NCBI RefSeq assembly: GCF_009834535.1
Contig: NC_045696.1
Location: 76,882,001 to 76,946,000 of the forward strand
Direction of reading: 5' to 3'
From: Camelus ferus
Lineage: Eukaryota
Length of the DNA stretch: 64,000 nucleotides
In this document: positions 25,256 through 38,937 of the stretch, one piece after another
How the letters are laid out: each line of letters begins with the position of its first letter
Numbering within the stretch: the first letter of the stretch is position 1
Made by a program: the position numbers and the translations under genes
Notes under the pieces: model-generated
What the model saw: the letters and a program-made list of their open reading frames with translations, nothing else
Databases searched by the model: none
Told to the model about the DNA's origin: nothing

Positions 25256-28200
25256 GGGCAGGTGACTGTCCCATCTCTCAGAAGAACTCAGGGTCTCATT
25301 TGCTGTTGGCAGGCCCACGGCGTTATTCTCCTCCAGGAAGGACAGCACATGAGTGAGTGGCTGACAGGTGACCCAGTCAGGTCCTCGCTCTGGACGTTTT
25401 GACTCCCTGTTGCAGATTGCATGTATATTTTTCCCTCATTTGATCACAGCAGCATGGCGGTAAAGCCCCCCTTTTAGAGGCCCTATGAAATAAACCAAGC
25501 TCCCTCCACTTGCTGAGTCTACTGCTGCCACCTTGGGGTGCTTCAGCCCCGCAGATGGCCCTTGTTGTATTGGCCCCTAGAAAGGAACCTTTTCAGGAGA
25601 TCAAAAGAGACCTGTGAAAGGAAATCTGGCTCCTGAATCCCATGAGTAGGAAAGGTAGCCTTAACATTTCGATTTAAATTTTGAGAATTGTTTGCCTCTT
25701 TGGAATCCAGGGAAAAGAAAGAGCTTTGTGTTGGAATCCGGCCCGGAGGTGAAACTGCATACCATTGAGTTAACTTACTGTGCTGTGGAGAGTGGGGCTG
25801 CCTGGTGATGTAAAAGTTGGAAAAACTTGGTTCCCATTCTGTCTATGCCACTCACAAGCTGTGTGACTTTGGAAAAGTGAACGAACCTCCCTGAACCTAT
25901 TTCCTCTCATGTAACATAGAGATTACAGTGTCTATTACAGTGACCATCGAAGGGTGTATTAGGAATTCAAAGAAAACAAACTCAGTTGATTCATGGTGGA
26001 GTATCAGTCGATTCACAGCAGGCTGTCAATTGCCCTGGACCTGTGGTCAGGGGACTATAGTTTTAGTTCCACAAATTGGTGTGTGATTTTGGGTAAGTCA
26101 CCTCATTTCTCAAGCTCTTTGCTGCTTAATTGGAAAGAAGGAAAAACTTAGATGAAAATTTCTCTGAAGTTCACTCCAGCCCAAATATTCTGTGTGTCTA
26201 TAATTGATTACTTCTGGGTGTACTACCACAAGAATTCTGGTGGTTACTACTTGAAATACTTCAAAAGGAATTCTCTTCAATGACTTTGACATTTTCCTGA
26301 GAACAGGAAATAAGGATTCTATGCAGATAAAACATGAAAAGGATACCTTTAATTTAATATCTGGATATTTCAGGTAAGTTTGTGTATAGCCATGCACTTA
26401 CTGGACAGCCTGTATCTGTCTCACCACTAGACACTGTGTAACCTGAAGGAAAGTATCTGTATTTCACTCACTTTAGTGACACACAACAAAATCCTTAACT
26501 CCCTCAGCAATTATTCAATATGTATTAATTGATTCAGTTTTTTTTCACATGTATAGTTACCAGAGCTATAGACTTGCACAGACTAATAAAGAAGTGGGTT
26601 TTGGCCTTACCCTAAATGTTGATAGCACTGCAGTGGACTAACGGCAATGCATGAGCCATACAGAACACACACCATTCATTCTCACCCAGTATTTCTCAGC
26701 AGAGACCAAGCCTGAATCTGTACTTTGGCAGGTAAGACATGGGTATCATGTTTGTCTGAATACCTGTCCTTCCTCTTGTCCTTATCTTTCCTTGCTCAGA
26801 TTCCTTCAAGAGCTCCTTTCTTATTAGCATATCAAATTTAACCATCATCTGGCTTTGTTAACTCTCTATTTTGTGTCAAGTTGGCCCGGATCTTTATTGC
26901 AAAGAGCTCTTTCTAACATACTACGTTTTCTACTGTACATACAGTAAGAAAACTCCACAAAGGCTTGGGAACCCTGGTTATTTTGAGGTTATTATTTCAG
27001 TCATTGAGAACTACCTGAAATTCTAGGGAGAGTTGGAGAAATCATAGGCCTGCAATATCAGGTTTGGTTTTGGTTTTGTTTTTCTTTCTTTTTTTTTTTT
27101 TTTTGAGAGAAAAAGAGCAGCATTCAGGAAGCTTCATGAGCTACCAGAGAAAACAGAGTGATAAAGGTTTAGTGTTTCACTGAAATGGGCTCTGGTTATT
27201 TCTATGAAATCCCCCAACTGAGCACAGATGGTAGTATTTTAAATCCATACAGACCTTGTCATTACAAAGCACGAGAAGGCACTTGACAAAGTCTTTGTGG
27301 TCACCATGCTACAGAGTGTCCAAATGGGAGAGAAAAGAATTGTGTGGAACATGGGCACTTGAGAAATTGAACAAATGTGTAGAGAAGAAAAATACTGACT
27401 TATGACACTCAGAGGAACTCTGTTTTCCTCAAGAGATCTAAGATGAAAGAACAGACTAGATTTTGATATTAAATAATTTCTGTTCTTGCTCACTGAACAA
27501 TTTTTTTGAACATCCACTGTGTGCTTGGCATCATTCTAGCACTGTGGGGAGCACTAGGAGAGATGAGACAAGAGTATCTGATTTTGCATTTAGAAGAGCA
27601 AAAAACAACACTCCTTTCTTCCTTCTTGTCTTTGAAACCAACTGAAAATAAGACACCTGTCATCTGGCAATACAAATAGCAGCTTTATTATTGATGAAGC
27701 TGATTGGAGGACATGAACTAACGGGCTTGCTAATTGTGGACCTTTGGCCAGCCCACCCCAAGAAGGGTTTGGGTTGGCAGAGTGGACACATTGGCTGAGG
27801 ATTATTATTGTCCAACCTTTCTTGCCTTTCGGGTCAAAACTGGTGGCTTTTTAGTTAATTAGTTCTACTTTGTAAGATTCATAGCACCTACTAGTCTGAT
27901 AACTTATTTCTCCTTTCATTAGGAAAAATGAGTAAGAACAATGTGGAGTGAGACCCAGAGTGTTACATCAGAAGAAGGAACGTCATGGAATTTTTAGGGT
28001 CAAGGGAGTAAAGATCTCCACCTGATGTTCTCCAGCATTTTCCTCCTAACTTGTGGGCTTAAAACTATAAATTTATGGTAGAATGGCGGTGTGTTTGTCT
28101 CTCTCAGCAGAAGAGGTCATCAGTACATCAGGGAAGCCATACTGTAGCCTTTGTAATGTAACTCCCTCAATACTGGCTACTGCTTCATTTGGGTATCTTC

Positions 28201-29147
28201 CTGGGGCCACTGATGGAAAGTTTAGTGATGGCCTTTGAAAGGGTTAGAAGAGTAACTTAGGCTGAAATGTGCTTCTTATTTTATATCTCTTCTTAAATTG
28301 CATTCTATCAGATTGTCCAACATTGGAGGTTGTGAAATAAACCAAAATAACTGAAGCTGAAATTACAGGGACACTCCCAGTTTGAATATAATCCCATCTT
28401 CACTACTGAGTTCCTAAGGAGAAATAAAAGTACAAAAATTAAATTCTCTTGTTTATTTTTTTAATGAAGTTCTAATTAATTGAAGACCAAAAATTTGCTT
28501 AAGGACTTCAGTTGGTAAGATTTGACAGTTTTGAACTTGATAAAGCGGTGACTTCTAGATTGGTACTTGCTTGTAGAGATGTCTTTGTACATCATCATGT
28601 CATCTCCATGATGTGGTCCATTTGTGATTTTTTTTCCCACCAGTACAGTGGAAGTCAATGTAGCTAACATTCACTGAGCACTTTCTGGGTGCAAGGAATT
28701 ATTGGTAAAACGGACATGACTGAAGATGTAGCCCTTGTCCCTTAGAAGTTTACAACCAAGTAACCTGGGTAAAAATCGTTGACACGTAAGGCCTCTCTAT
28801 TTGGTTCAACCTAAATCACAAACACCATTTCTCATTTTATTCCTCTTAGTCCCAGCCACACTACATCTTCATATGTTCCCAACACACGAAGTTTAATAAC
28901 ATCCCTGTGTCATTATATGTATGTTTTCTTCCAGCAGTAACCCCTTTTCTCCCTTTTCTGCCTTTTCAGATAGGCAGCCATTAAAAACCAGTCCAAATAT
29001 CATTGCTTTGGTTAAAACTTTGTTGGTTTTCTGCAAAGAGGTATTTAGACCTTCCACAGAGCTTCCACTGTGTTCTTTTCTCCTCCACTCACCCCTTTAG
29101 AGTAAGTGCTTTAGAATAAGAGCATATCTTCTTGTTGTTCATTCTCC

Positions 29148-29605
29148 TGCGGTGCACTGTAATGATGCCATTCATTCTCTACCTCTCCCAATGTCTGTGC
29201 CTTTTACCATGTGACTTTAAGGGTCCTTCACCCAAGAAGTAGAGTTTATTTCCTTGCTCTTTGATTCTGAGTTTGGCTCTGTGACTTGGCTTTGCTGTTA
29301 TGGCACCGAGTCTAGAAGAAAACTTGAGTATTTCTTGTTCTGCCCTTAATGCTTCTCCCATTGCTTTGAGGACATGCCCAGGTAGCTCTTTGGAGGATGG
29401 GTAACATATGGAATCTCCAGTTTGTCCCACTTAAACCAGCCAAAGCCAGCCTTGATCAGCCAGCAGCTGATCCCCAGGCCTGTGAGCAAGCCCAGCCAAG
29501 CACTGAATACCTGCCTCATAAACAGTCCAGACTGACCTGCAGGTTATGCCACTGGGTTTTGAGTTTAGATGTCAGGTAGCTATTTTGTCAGGTAAATAAC
29601 TTAAC
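29148..29605 (+). mobile_element. MaLR LTR (MLT1H-like)
   Basis: CCATGTGACTTT…AAGAAGTAGAGTTTATTTCCTTGCTCTTTGATTCTGAGTTTGGCTCTGTGACTTGGCTTTG…ACATGCCCAGGTAGC…TGTGAGCAAGCCCAGCCAAG…ATGCCACTGGGTTTTGAG. Confidence 0.7.
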
Positions 29606-30375
29606 GTCCCTTCTGCTTCCTCCTTTAGATTGTAAATTTCCCGAGAGTAGGGATTATGTATGATTCATCCTTTTTCTTCCTCAATACCTAGTATAAAGAA
29701 GATACATTTATATTTATTTGCTGAATGAAAGAAAGCCTAGATAAATGAGTATTATATGCCCAGATTAGAGATTACTTCAAAGTTGATTAAATTTGGCTTT
29801 GAAATATACAATATAATTTTTTTTTTATGGTTGTAGTCCATTTATTTTCCACATATTTTCCTTAGGCTAACTTCTTTGATGTGATATACCTTCTGCCAGA
29901 ATTTGAAGAGGAACAGACATGTAAGAAATAAAGAAGTAAAGGAAAACAAGTTAAGGATAAAGTGAAAATATTACTGTTAATAAGCTAGTTGACAATGTGA
30001 AACAAATAATCCACTGATCTCGTTGCCCCCACTTCATGTGGCTGTCAACCCTGAGCCGAACAAATATTCCCAGCCACCATTTTTATCCTACCAAGATGGC
30101 TATTGTCTGACCCTGAAATAATTCAGGTTATTATTAGGGTAAACCCAAATATTTAATTTCTGCTTGTTGGTATACATTTTAATGAGCACAGAATTGCCAG
30201 TTAAAGAAGCAGAATCCAGTGGGGTTTTTTTTTTTTTTCCTACTGGCCTCCTAGTGATAAGTAGCTCAAATTGCTGAAAGTTGGGTTTTAAGAACAATTT
30301 ATCAGTTTTTGATAGAAGCTGAAACCTAAGTAGGGTGTTAATTAGAAAGCTGAGTAAGCACTACAGATAGGAATC

Positions 30376-31262
30376 CTTTTTTTTTTTTTTTTATTTCAGT
30401 TCTCTTTTTATTTACTTATTTATATATATGTATTTTTTGAAGTATAGTCAATTCATAATGCGTCAGTTTCTGGCATAGAGCATAATGCTTCAGTCATACA
30501 TGAAAATACATACATTTGTTTTCATATTCTTTTTCACTACAAGATATTGAATATAGTTTCCTGTGCTGTACAGTGTGAACTTGTTGTTTATCTATTTATA
30601 TATATATTAGTTAGTATCTGAAAATTTCAAACTCCCAATTTATCCCTTTCTACCCCCTTTCCCCTCTGGCAACCGTAAGTTTGTTTCATATGTCTGTGAG
30701 TCTGTTTTTTGTTTTGTAAATAAGTTCATTTGTCTTTTTTTTAGATTCCACATATAAATGATATCATATGGTGTTTTTCTTTCTCTTTCTGGCTTACTTC
30801 ACTTCGAATGACAATCTCCAGGTCCATCCATGTTGCTGCAAATGGCATTGTTTTATTCTTTTTTATGGCTGAGTAGTATTCCATTGTATTAATATACCAC
30901 AACTTCTTTATCTAGTTATCTGTTGATGGACATTTAGATTTTTTCCATGTCTTGGCTATTGTAAATAGTACTGCTATGAACATTAGGGTGTATGTATCTT
31001 TTTGAATTAAGGTTCCCTCTGGATATATGCCCAGGAGTGGGATTGCTGAATCATATGGTAAGCCTATTTTTAGTCTTTTGAGGAATCTCCATACTGTTTT
31101 CCATGACAGCTGCACCAAACTACATTCCCACCGACAGTGTAGGAGGGTTCCCTTTTCTCCGTAGCCTCTCCAGCATTTATTGTTTGTGGACTTTTGAATG
31201 ATGGCCATTCTGACCGGTGTGAGGTGATATTGTAGTTTTGATTTGCATTTCTCTGATAATTA
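30376..31262 (-). mobile_element. 5'-truncated lineage-specific L1
   Basis: Poly(T), reverse 3'UTR and an ORF2 C-terminal remnant (ORF 30912-31208 [19 protein letters not shown]). Core TSD AGGAATC at 30369-30375 and 31263-31269. Confidence 0.92.
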
Positions 31263-33259
31263 AGGAATCTATTTTGAAGAAAGGGTGTAAACAATAAATC
31301 AGGAGTCTATAATTCCTTGCCCTGGGGAGATGCCTCTGGGTCACAGCCTTCCCTGAGCTCTCACACACTGCACTCAATGAAAAATATGTCTGTTCTCAAC
31401 ATGCTATAAAAATACAGGTACTACAAGTTTAAGGGAAGTAATCCAGAAAGATCTGTCCCTTCGATACTTTTTTCCATTTGACAAACAGTGAATAAACATT
31501 GTAAAATTAAGGTATTCCTAGATCTCTTGGAGATAGGGGTTAAAAAAAAAAAGAAAAAGAAAAAAGGCCATTTCTGGTAAGGCGTGAAGAAATGTGAATT
31601 AGGAAATTTACCTAATCAATTTCTTATCGTTATGCTGGCTTGACATGTTCTGATCTGACGAATATGAATATATAGATACTGTTTTCAATATAGATATTGT
31701 TTCAAATGTTACTGGACAGAAGCGCTGGTCCATTAAAGTCCCATCCAGGTCTTTGTGACTGTATTCTTGATTCCTGTCTGGTAGCCAGTACATCAGAGTG
31801 TGGGTTGGTATTTCTTCATTCTATTTCTTGCTCTTGGGTCATTTATCATGACATTATACCCTCAACCCTAACCCATTTGTCAGACCAGAAAGTGAACTCT
31901 GATTCTTATGGAAAAGCTAAGTTTACTCCAAGGTTTTGGTGGAGGACATTGAAATGGTCATCATTTATTTGTGCTCATAGCCAGTTAGGACTGTTGGTTT
32001 TGTGTTTTAAGCTAGACAGCAGTCAAATGCAAAAGTAGCTTCTGGGAGAAGACCTGGTATCATAAGAGGAATATTGGTTTTTAAGATAAGAAAGATCTTC
32101 GCTCTAATCTTCACTCTGCCACTTACTAACTATGCAATCTTAGTTGGTTTCATAGCCTAGCTGAGCCTCAGTTTCCTTCTTTGTAAAGTTGGGTTAATGT
32201 GTTATGGGTTAATACAAGTGAGGCTTATGAAGCAGGCATTCAAACAGGTTAGGGTTCTTCCCTTAGTCTCTAGTTCTTTTGGTTTCCTCATGTCTAGGTC
32301 ATATAAATGGAACAAAACAAATCAATCACTGGCTGTGAGTGAAAGAATGAAAGCCCATTGCCCAGAATTAGTACAGATTTGTCTGTATAATTCTGCACTG
32401 AGCTGGACCACCCATCCACCTCAATTACAGTTCTAGGCTCTGACTCCTGGGGTGCTGGGGTTGGATTAAAGTCAGTCGATGAGAATGAAACTCAGAGGTA
32501 CTAACTCATTAGTAGTTTCAGGCGTGCCTTCCACATCACTGTTTCCCTCTTTTTAGGCTCAGGAGGTTAATGACGTTTTCTTTAAAAAATGAGTTTTCAA
32601 GTGTTTGATGATTTCAACTGAGCTGATTATATGATCTGCTTCATGCTTTACCTGACAAGGATATAAAATGCAGAAATGTAACAGTGATTTAACCCCAGCT
32701 CTCTTAGAGAAATTCACTTAAAACACATACACACACTTCTGTTATTTACATTCAGAAAAACAGTTTTATTTTCAATCTGAGATAAGTGCTTTTATATGTA
32801 AATTTTATTACCCATTCTATTTCTTCTGCACAATGAGCTCCAGAGAAAGCATTCAGGGATATGGCAAAATTTGTGTGATTTGGAAAAAAAAAATGCCCGC
32901 AGTGAAAGATATTGGAAGGAGTCCTCACAGATGGGAGACAAAGAGTTCTTTTCCTATCAATTTTTGTAGGGTAAGATTGCAAATCATGAGACTAAAAACT
33001 ATATGGGATGCTTTACTTTCTTCTCCTTCCTTCCCTCAGCTGAACTGTTGGCATGGCTTTTGGGAAGCCATCCCTATGTTGAGTGCCATCACCTGCTATC
33101 TACAGAGGTCCGGGCAGGTAACCCGACCATCTTGCTCTTTCCTGTCTGATTATGGAGTGCTATTACACCTAAGAGAGGGATTATGGCCGTAGGAAATGAA
33201 TGAAGACAGGAAAAACTTTGTAGAGGATTTTTGGTCACATGTGAAAGCGTTTAATTCTT

Positions 33260-33378
33260 TAAAAAAAATTTAATTCATTTATATTGAAGTACAGTCAATT
33301 ACAATGTGTCAGTTTCTGTGTACAGCACAATGCCGCAGTCATGCATATACATATGTATATTCGTTTTCATAGAAATAT
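33260..33378 (-). mobile_element. Very short L1 3'-end insertion
   Basis: TTGAAGTACAGTCAATTACAATGTGTCAG… matches the other L1 3' ends. TSD GTTTAATTCTT at 33249-33259 and 33379-33389. Confidence 0.85.
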
Positions 33379-34704
33379 GTTTAATTCTTGACTTAAATTG
33401 TAAGGAAACCAAGAAGGGGTCAGTAAAGAGCACTCAAAGAAGAGGATTCTTTTCTACAATGGCAAAGCATGTCAAAATGAATGAACTTTTACCTCCAGTA
33501 TAAACCAATTCTTCCAGCTGAAACTCTCTTGGTAAAAAGCAAAAGAGCCTCAGGGAAAGGATTTAGGACTGAGAAAGAAGCCCTCATCTGCCATTTTATT
33601 CTGTTTTTATAGTCATGTCACATTACCTTTAATGAGGCAAAATGTCTATCAAGCTTTAGAACTTATATGTGAAATTTTAAGGAGAATGATTATAGATTCA
33701 ATTCAAAATAGATACTCTGAATAGTCAGTTAAGTCTTTTTTTTCTTCTTATTAAAGCTGACTTTTAAAAGATAGGAGCCTTTTATATTTTGTGCTATGTG
33801 ACATAACCTAAAAAAAACTTAGAAAATCCTGTGATAAAATTTTAAAGTGAAGTGTTTTGAGAGCTAAAAAGAATATGGTGTGAGAAATCTTTTGACAGAA
33901 AGATGACAAGCAGGTAGACAGAATGACTTACGCATGCTAGTTAAAGAAAAAAACTACTCCCCCTAAATGATACATTTTCTTTTTATTTCCTAGGTAAAAT
34001 CCATTTAATGATTTTTAACATTTATCCATTAGTTTTTTTCTGCTTGAAGGGTAAATCAAAACTCTGTATCAATCTTCTGAAGGTTAAGGCAGGTATTTAT
34101 GTAAAAATGAAAAAGGATTACAGATTTTCAACCACACAAGTCATAATAGAGAAAAGATGTATAGTTGGGAGACTTTCTGGGGAAACGTTTTTGTGCCATG
34201 ACTCCTCTTGATGAAGTCTTGTAATGATGAGAAACCTCTATTCTCACCAGGGAAGGAAGGCATTTAAGACAAATGTGAAAATTTTCTTCCTAGATAAAAG
34301 CAATCGGTTTTATAGTTTAATTCTATTCTAAGCCGATGTCTGGAATTTCAGGAGGAAGGTGAAAAAATTTTTCCATGGTGTTCAATAAATTGGTTTTAAA
34401 ATTTGCCTGTTGGGGACAAAAGGTGTTTTCCCCTGAGGAAAGGTTTAGATTGCTTTTCTTACCACCTGACTTGGCTGACTTTGTGACACCAGAGAGTGGC
34501 ATGGTGAAGAAGTGAGATGGTTTCAATTGTTACCTGACAGTTAGGATGTCAGGACTGCATATTAAAAAAAATTCTTCACAGAGGAAATACTTATCTGTCA
34601 TGCTGTTCATCAAATTGTATTATTATATTATATATAATACCTAGTTACCTTCCATAATTGCAGGAGATGTATGAACTCAGTGGCTATTCAGAATGTTAAG
34701 GGCT

Positions 34705-35810
34705 TGCCCTTGGGTTGGAAGAATTAATATTGTTAAAATGGCCATACTACCCAAAGCAATCTACAAATTTTTAAAAAATTTCAAATCCTTTTATTAGGTA
34801 TTGTAAACAGTGAGGTTGTTTTATTAAACAGAACTTTTAAAAAACATACTGTTTTTAGGTTCTTATTTTCATTAGAATCCTCATTGATGAGATCTAGTAG
34901 TTTTCTGGTAGTGTCTTTAGGGTTTTCTATGTATAGTATCATGTCATTGGCAAACAGTGACAGTTTTACTTCTGCTTTTCCCATTTGGATTCCTTTTATT
35001 TCTTTTTCTTCTCTGATTGCTGTGGCTAGGACTTCCAAAACTATTTTGAATAAAAGTGGTGAGAGTGGACGTCCTTGTCTTGTTCTTCATCTCAGAGGAA
35101 CTGCTTTCAGCTTTTCACCATTAAGTATGATGTTACTTGCAGGTTTGTCATATATGGCCTTTGTTGTGTTGAGGTATGTTCCCTCTATGCCCACTTTCTG
35201 GAGAGTTTTTATCATAAATGGATGTTGAATTTTATCAGAACCTTTTTCGGCATCTGTTGAGGTGATCATGCGGTTTTTATTCTTCAATTTGTTGATGTGG
35301 TGTATCACATTGATTTGTGGATATTAAAAAATCCTTGCATCCTTGGGATAAATCCCACTTGATCATGGTGTTTGATCCTTTTAATGCATTGTTGGAGTTG
35401 ATTTGCTAGTATTTTGTTGAGGATTTTTCTTAATATATATTTATAAATGATACAGGCCTGTAACTTTCTTTTTTTGTGATATCTTTGTCTGGTTTTGATA
35501 TCAGGGTGATGGCCTCATAGAATGAATTCAGAAGTGAAATAAGTCAAAAAGACAAAGAAAAATACCATACGATATCACTTATATTTGGAATCTAAAAAAA
35601 AAAGAACACAAACTTATTTACAAAACAGAGACAGACTCACAGACAGAGACAAAACTTATGATTACCAGAGGGGAAAAGGAATGGGGAGAGATAAATTGGA
35701 AGTTCAGGATTTTTAAATACTACTTATTTTCTATAAAGATTCTACTATATAGCACAGGGAACTATATTCAGTACCTTGTAATAGCCTATAATGAAAAAGA
35801 TATGAAAGAA
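34705..35810 (+). mobile_element. Rearranged L1 with internal inversion (+/-/+)
   Basis: Sense ORF2 piece at 34710-34768, antisense RT piece at ~34780-35536, sense 3' end at 35532-35810. Imperfect TSD AATGTTAAGGGCT (34692-34704) / AAAGTTATGGGCT (35811-35823). Confidence 0.85.
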
Positions 35811-36369
35811 AAAGTTATGGGCTGATCAGGGCATTAGGACTTAGAGACTACGATTTTCTGATCTGCACTGAACCACATTTTTCAGTTAGAGCCTGGAATA
35901 TGGGCTTTGTAAATAAAACACACTAAGGGTTCTGAGAGTGTTAAGCTGATTAAATGTGCAGCCCATTATATGGCAATAGTTCAGTATCTTGAGAGCTGTA
36001 AGTCATCCCACCACCATACAACTGAATGATCCCAAGTTCTTTCCAGAATGATTACTGTGTTATACCACTTAATAGAAAATCATGGCAATACGACCATTTA
36101 TTGATTAGTTACTAACTACTGGATATTCTAATAGGCTCAGTTTCCTTACATTATCTACCGATGAGAAAACAGAGGCTCAGATATTTTTAGAAATTTTCCC
36201 AGAGTCATACAGCAGATTCAGAATTGAAACTAGGTCTGTAGTTTTTCAGGGTCTCATGATGTCTCATTATGCTACATTGCCTTCCAAGGAGAGAAAAGAA
36301 AACAGTTAAGTTGAACTATTCCAAAACACCCCAAGCTATAGCGATTCCTGTTTAGTCCTGTTTTTTCTT

Positions 36370-36760
36370 GTAGTTCAGATTTACATGCCAGGAGCGTGTG
36401 GCAGCTCCATGGTACTGGGGACTTAGACTGTTTCTATCGAGTTGCTCTGCCATCACAGGGGTGTGTTGTCTTTGCCCGAATGGTTCAAGAGGATTCATGG
36501 CCATGTCTGCCTTCAGCTGATGGTGGAAAGAAGGCAGGGAGGTGGAGAGGGAGGGCTTGCTGCTTCCCTTTATGAACACAATCCCTTTTACTCATATGCC
36601 ATTGACTGGAACTTACCCATATGATCATGCCCAGTTGCAAAGGAAGACGGAAATGAGGTTTTAGTCTGAATAGCCACGAAAGTTGATAAATCTAGAAGGT
36701 TCTATTATGATGAAAAAGAAGGGAAGAATGGTTTTTGGAAGTAGATTAGGCAGTGTCAGA
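36370..36760 (-). mobile_element. Old MaLR LTR (MLT1J-like)
   Basis: TTTACTCATATGCCATTGACTGGAACTTA…CCCAGTTGCAAAGGAAGACGGAAATGAGGTTTTAGTCTG…GAAGGGAAGAATGG, a reversed MLT1J-type pattern (recalled). Confidence 0.55.
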
Positions 36761-38807
36761 GGGGCTTTTCATATAATGGAATTCACCTGTCTCTTTTTAG
36801 TGAGGATTCTAAGTTCCAGAGAGATTATGTGCATTAACCAAGGTTACACACAATTGGTGGCACAGCAAGTCTAGAAACCAGTTTTCCTGACCTCCAGGCC
36901 TGTGGTTTCTCTACCATATCAAATTGGCTCCTCAGCATTACTGCTACTGGTGGAAAAACTATGGACCAAATTGGATCACTGGTGTGCAAATTATGTTTAT
37001 TAACACGTAAAACATTTCCAAAGAATCCCAAGGATGTTTTGTCCTCTTCTTCCATGAGTTGATTTGAAAATACATAAATATTTGTATATATTTGTGCTTC
37101 CCTGAATAATGGTCTTTTGAAAAGGGGTTTTACAAAGCATTTCTGCATAGCTGTAGAAATGTTGTATGAAAGCATTTAGTGCGGTTTTCTAATGGACATA
37201 GTAAGTTCTGGAATTTATTACACTGTGCATTTCACTTGTATTGCCTGACAGATCACTGGAATTTAATTTTAATTAAAAAAATATGGTGCATCATAGCCTA
37301 ATAATCTGTAGCCTCATACTTCCATGCAATTTTTGGAAAGGAATAGAAAATTGAAATCATTCTTGGGTATTGAAATTGTTTATATGTTCAGACCATGGGC
37401 CAGTTCACAATTTAATTCTGATTCTTGAAAGACTCATTGTTTGTGAGCACAACAGTTAAGAAAAATACTGAATTTATTGTGACACATTATCAGCTTAGTG
37501 CAAAGCTGCCCCCCTCAAAAGAGTAGTTGAGTAGACAATAGATTGTACAGGCAGAGTGAGCAAAACCAAAACCAAAGTGGGACAGAGGACTAACTTTTCC
37601 AGCTACTACTTTCAGCTCTGCACTGTTGTAAGCTTCTGTTCACTGAAGCATCACTTGTTTGCTGTTGCCTGAATGACTTGTCTAAATGTTCATCAATATC
37701 AGTAACAATGTTTTCTGTGTATACTGTGCTTTATGTCTTATGAGGGGTTTTCCTTTATGAGCTCTAATTTCAGCTGAAAAACAATCCAGTGGGGGAGGAA
37801 CAATAATTTCCATTTTTATAGATAAGGAAATCAGTCATAAGACAAGCTATTATGAGATACGATGATTGTCACAGAAGTAGCAAAAGGGAGACTCGTGTTT
37901 GACTATGAGGTTAATGTTTGCCTTTTGGAGACAAGGTGTTTTGTGTACACAATTGTGTGTTCCTGGGATGGAGGGGCAGGTAAGAAAGTTGGAGTCATGG
38001 CTTGACTAGTGGAAATGGAAACAATATCAAACAATATCCAGTCTAGTATTTGAATGCTTTACATAGCTAGACTTTTGGTTCTGTATGTGAATTTTTTTTT
38101 AATGTGAGAATTTTTGAGAGTTAACTCTGGGAGGCTAGATTATCCATGCTAAGTTTTACTTTTCTCCCCTTTCTTTGTGTTAGCATCTTTTGGTGTTCCC
38201 AGAGCCCCTGCCATCTGCTGTTTCTGCTTGCAGTATTTTGTCTCTTCACTTTTGATCATTGCTCCATTTTCTGTTTGTATTAAGAACACTAGTTTGTTGT
38301 GTGTCTCTTCTTTGAAAACCAGCCTTGATCAGGAGATACTGATGGAAATACAGATAGAGACAGATACAGGTTTAGACACAGGCGTAGACACGGATATTTG
38401 GGTGCTTCGTTGATTACTGCTCTTTACTTGAAGACCACAGTCTGTGTGGTCATGTGGCCAATATATGATTTTCCCCTCATAATATGGTAAAAAAGAGGAA
38501 ATTTGCTTTTTTCCCTTGGATCCATGTATTTTTGACCTCTCAAGAATTCAAACTTGGTCAGATCCATGGAACTGACCAAATTCTATTTCAAACACTCTGA
38601 GGATTAATTTTCTAATACTTTGGCTTCTCAGTGAATGGTACTGACACTAAAATTTTGTCTCTTTTTGCAAGCTGCATGCTTACATGGACTTCGGCTTTGC
38701 TTTAGATCTTCTTAGTCCTCGTTGGCGTGCTATCTCAGGACATGCTAAGTTTGGTTTGCTACCAGACTATAAGGCTCAAGAAGTAAGAACTGTCCATTAA
38801 GGTTTGG

Positions 38808-38937
38808 TTTATTTTATTTTATTTAGGTATAGTCAGTTTACAATGTTGTGTCAATTTCTGGTGTGCAGCATAATGTTTTAGTCAGACTGATACATACATA
38901 TATTCCTCTTCATATTCTTTTTCATCATAGGTTACTA
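38808..38937 (-). mobile_element. Short L1 3'-end insertion
   Basis: (TTTTA)n tail, then TATAGTCAGTTTACAATGTTGTGTCAATTTCTGGTGTGCAGCATAATG. No TSD recognised. Confidence 0.85.

Noticed and set aside
38335..38400. Degenerate (AGATAC)n-like hexamer run
   Set aside because: An ordinary decayed simple repeat with no spacer structure, so not an array system.
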